DNA of 23,765 bases from IMG/VR virus record IMGVR_UViG_3300032288_000917. The stretch is one strand, 5' to 3'. This DNA comes from an uncultured virus (IMG/VR IMGVR_UViG_3300032288_000917). Taxonomy: Duplodnaviria > Heunggongvirae > Uroviricota > Caudoviricetes. The notes under the pieces are model-generated. The model was given only the letters and a program-made list of their open reading frames with translations, ran no database searches and had not been told where the DNA came from. Below are positions 23,526 through 23,765 of this stretch, in pieces; the first letter of the stretch is position 1, and every line of letters begins with the position of its first letter. Made by a program: the position numbers and the translations under genes.

Positions 23526-23732
23526 ATGACACCAAAAGAAAAAGCAGAAGATTTAGTAAGCAGATATAAAAGAGAAATACTAAGGGGAAAGTATCGCATT
23601 GATGGATTTGTAATTGAAGAACTAGCTGAAGAATGTGCATTAATAGCTGTGGATGAGATATTCAGGAATAATACTGATGAATCTAAACATGACTATTGGA
23701 TAAACGTAAAAGAAGAAATAGAAAAACTATGA
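23526..23732 (+). CDS. Small phage protein of MTPKEKA type, 68 aa
   Basis: MTPKEKA..LV...A.ECALIAVDEI...YW..VK.EIEKL pattern recalled from Bacteroidota phages. Confidence 0.8.
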   Translation: MTPKEKAEDLVSRYKREILRGKYRIDGFVIEELAEECALIAVDEIFRNNTDESKHDYWINVKEEIEKL

Positions 23733-23765
23733 CACCATCAGAAATACTACAAAAGCACGAGGATG
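23729..23765 (+). CDS. Partial CDS (MTPSEILQKHED...)
   Basis: ATGA overlap with the preceding stop; open to the window end. Confidence 0.55.
   Translation, partial: MTPSEILQKHED

Noticed and set aside
1..23765. Stop-codon reassignment (TAG or TGA) as in some crAss-like phages
   Set aside because: TerL, portal and fibre genes are intact in code 11, TGA and TAG end genes at tight junctions, and no suppressor tRNA is present. In-frame readthrough of the TGA at 3173 would not join the two adhesin ORFs, which are in different frames.

Overview
This window is part of a tailed dsDNA phage genome, most likely crAss-like (Crassvirales), with a Bacteroidota host inferred from TTTG-N19-21-TAnnTTTG promoters and leaders lacking Shine-Dalgarno sites. 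It has two divergent arms that meet at about 18.7 kb. The minus-strand (late) arm runs: small phage protein, a ~420-nt non-coding transcription unit, wHTH-like protein, HU/IHF, Cys-rich protein, hypothetical, GroES, ferritin/Dps-like, YegP-like, putative TerS, TerL and portal, then >10 kb of tightly coupled fibre/spike/adhesin genes. The plus-strand (early-type) arm has small hypothetical and membrane proteins, a possible spanin-like triplet, three tRNAs (Arg-UCU, CAU/probable Ile2, Leu-UAA), a tRNA-like element lacking an anticodon arm, and an HNH endonuclease cassette inserted in that element's 3' end. The most notable observations are: (1) a promoter- and terminator-bounded, highly structured, ORF-free ~420-nt RNA at the head of the packaging operon; (2) the tRNA-like element and its direct-repeat-flanked HNH cassette; (3) a repeat adhesin split into two genes in mid-domain; (4) a second structured RNA candidate at 19.13-19.30 kb. 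All family calls come from motif recognition by eye; no database search or folding program was run.
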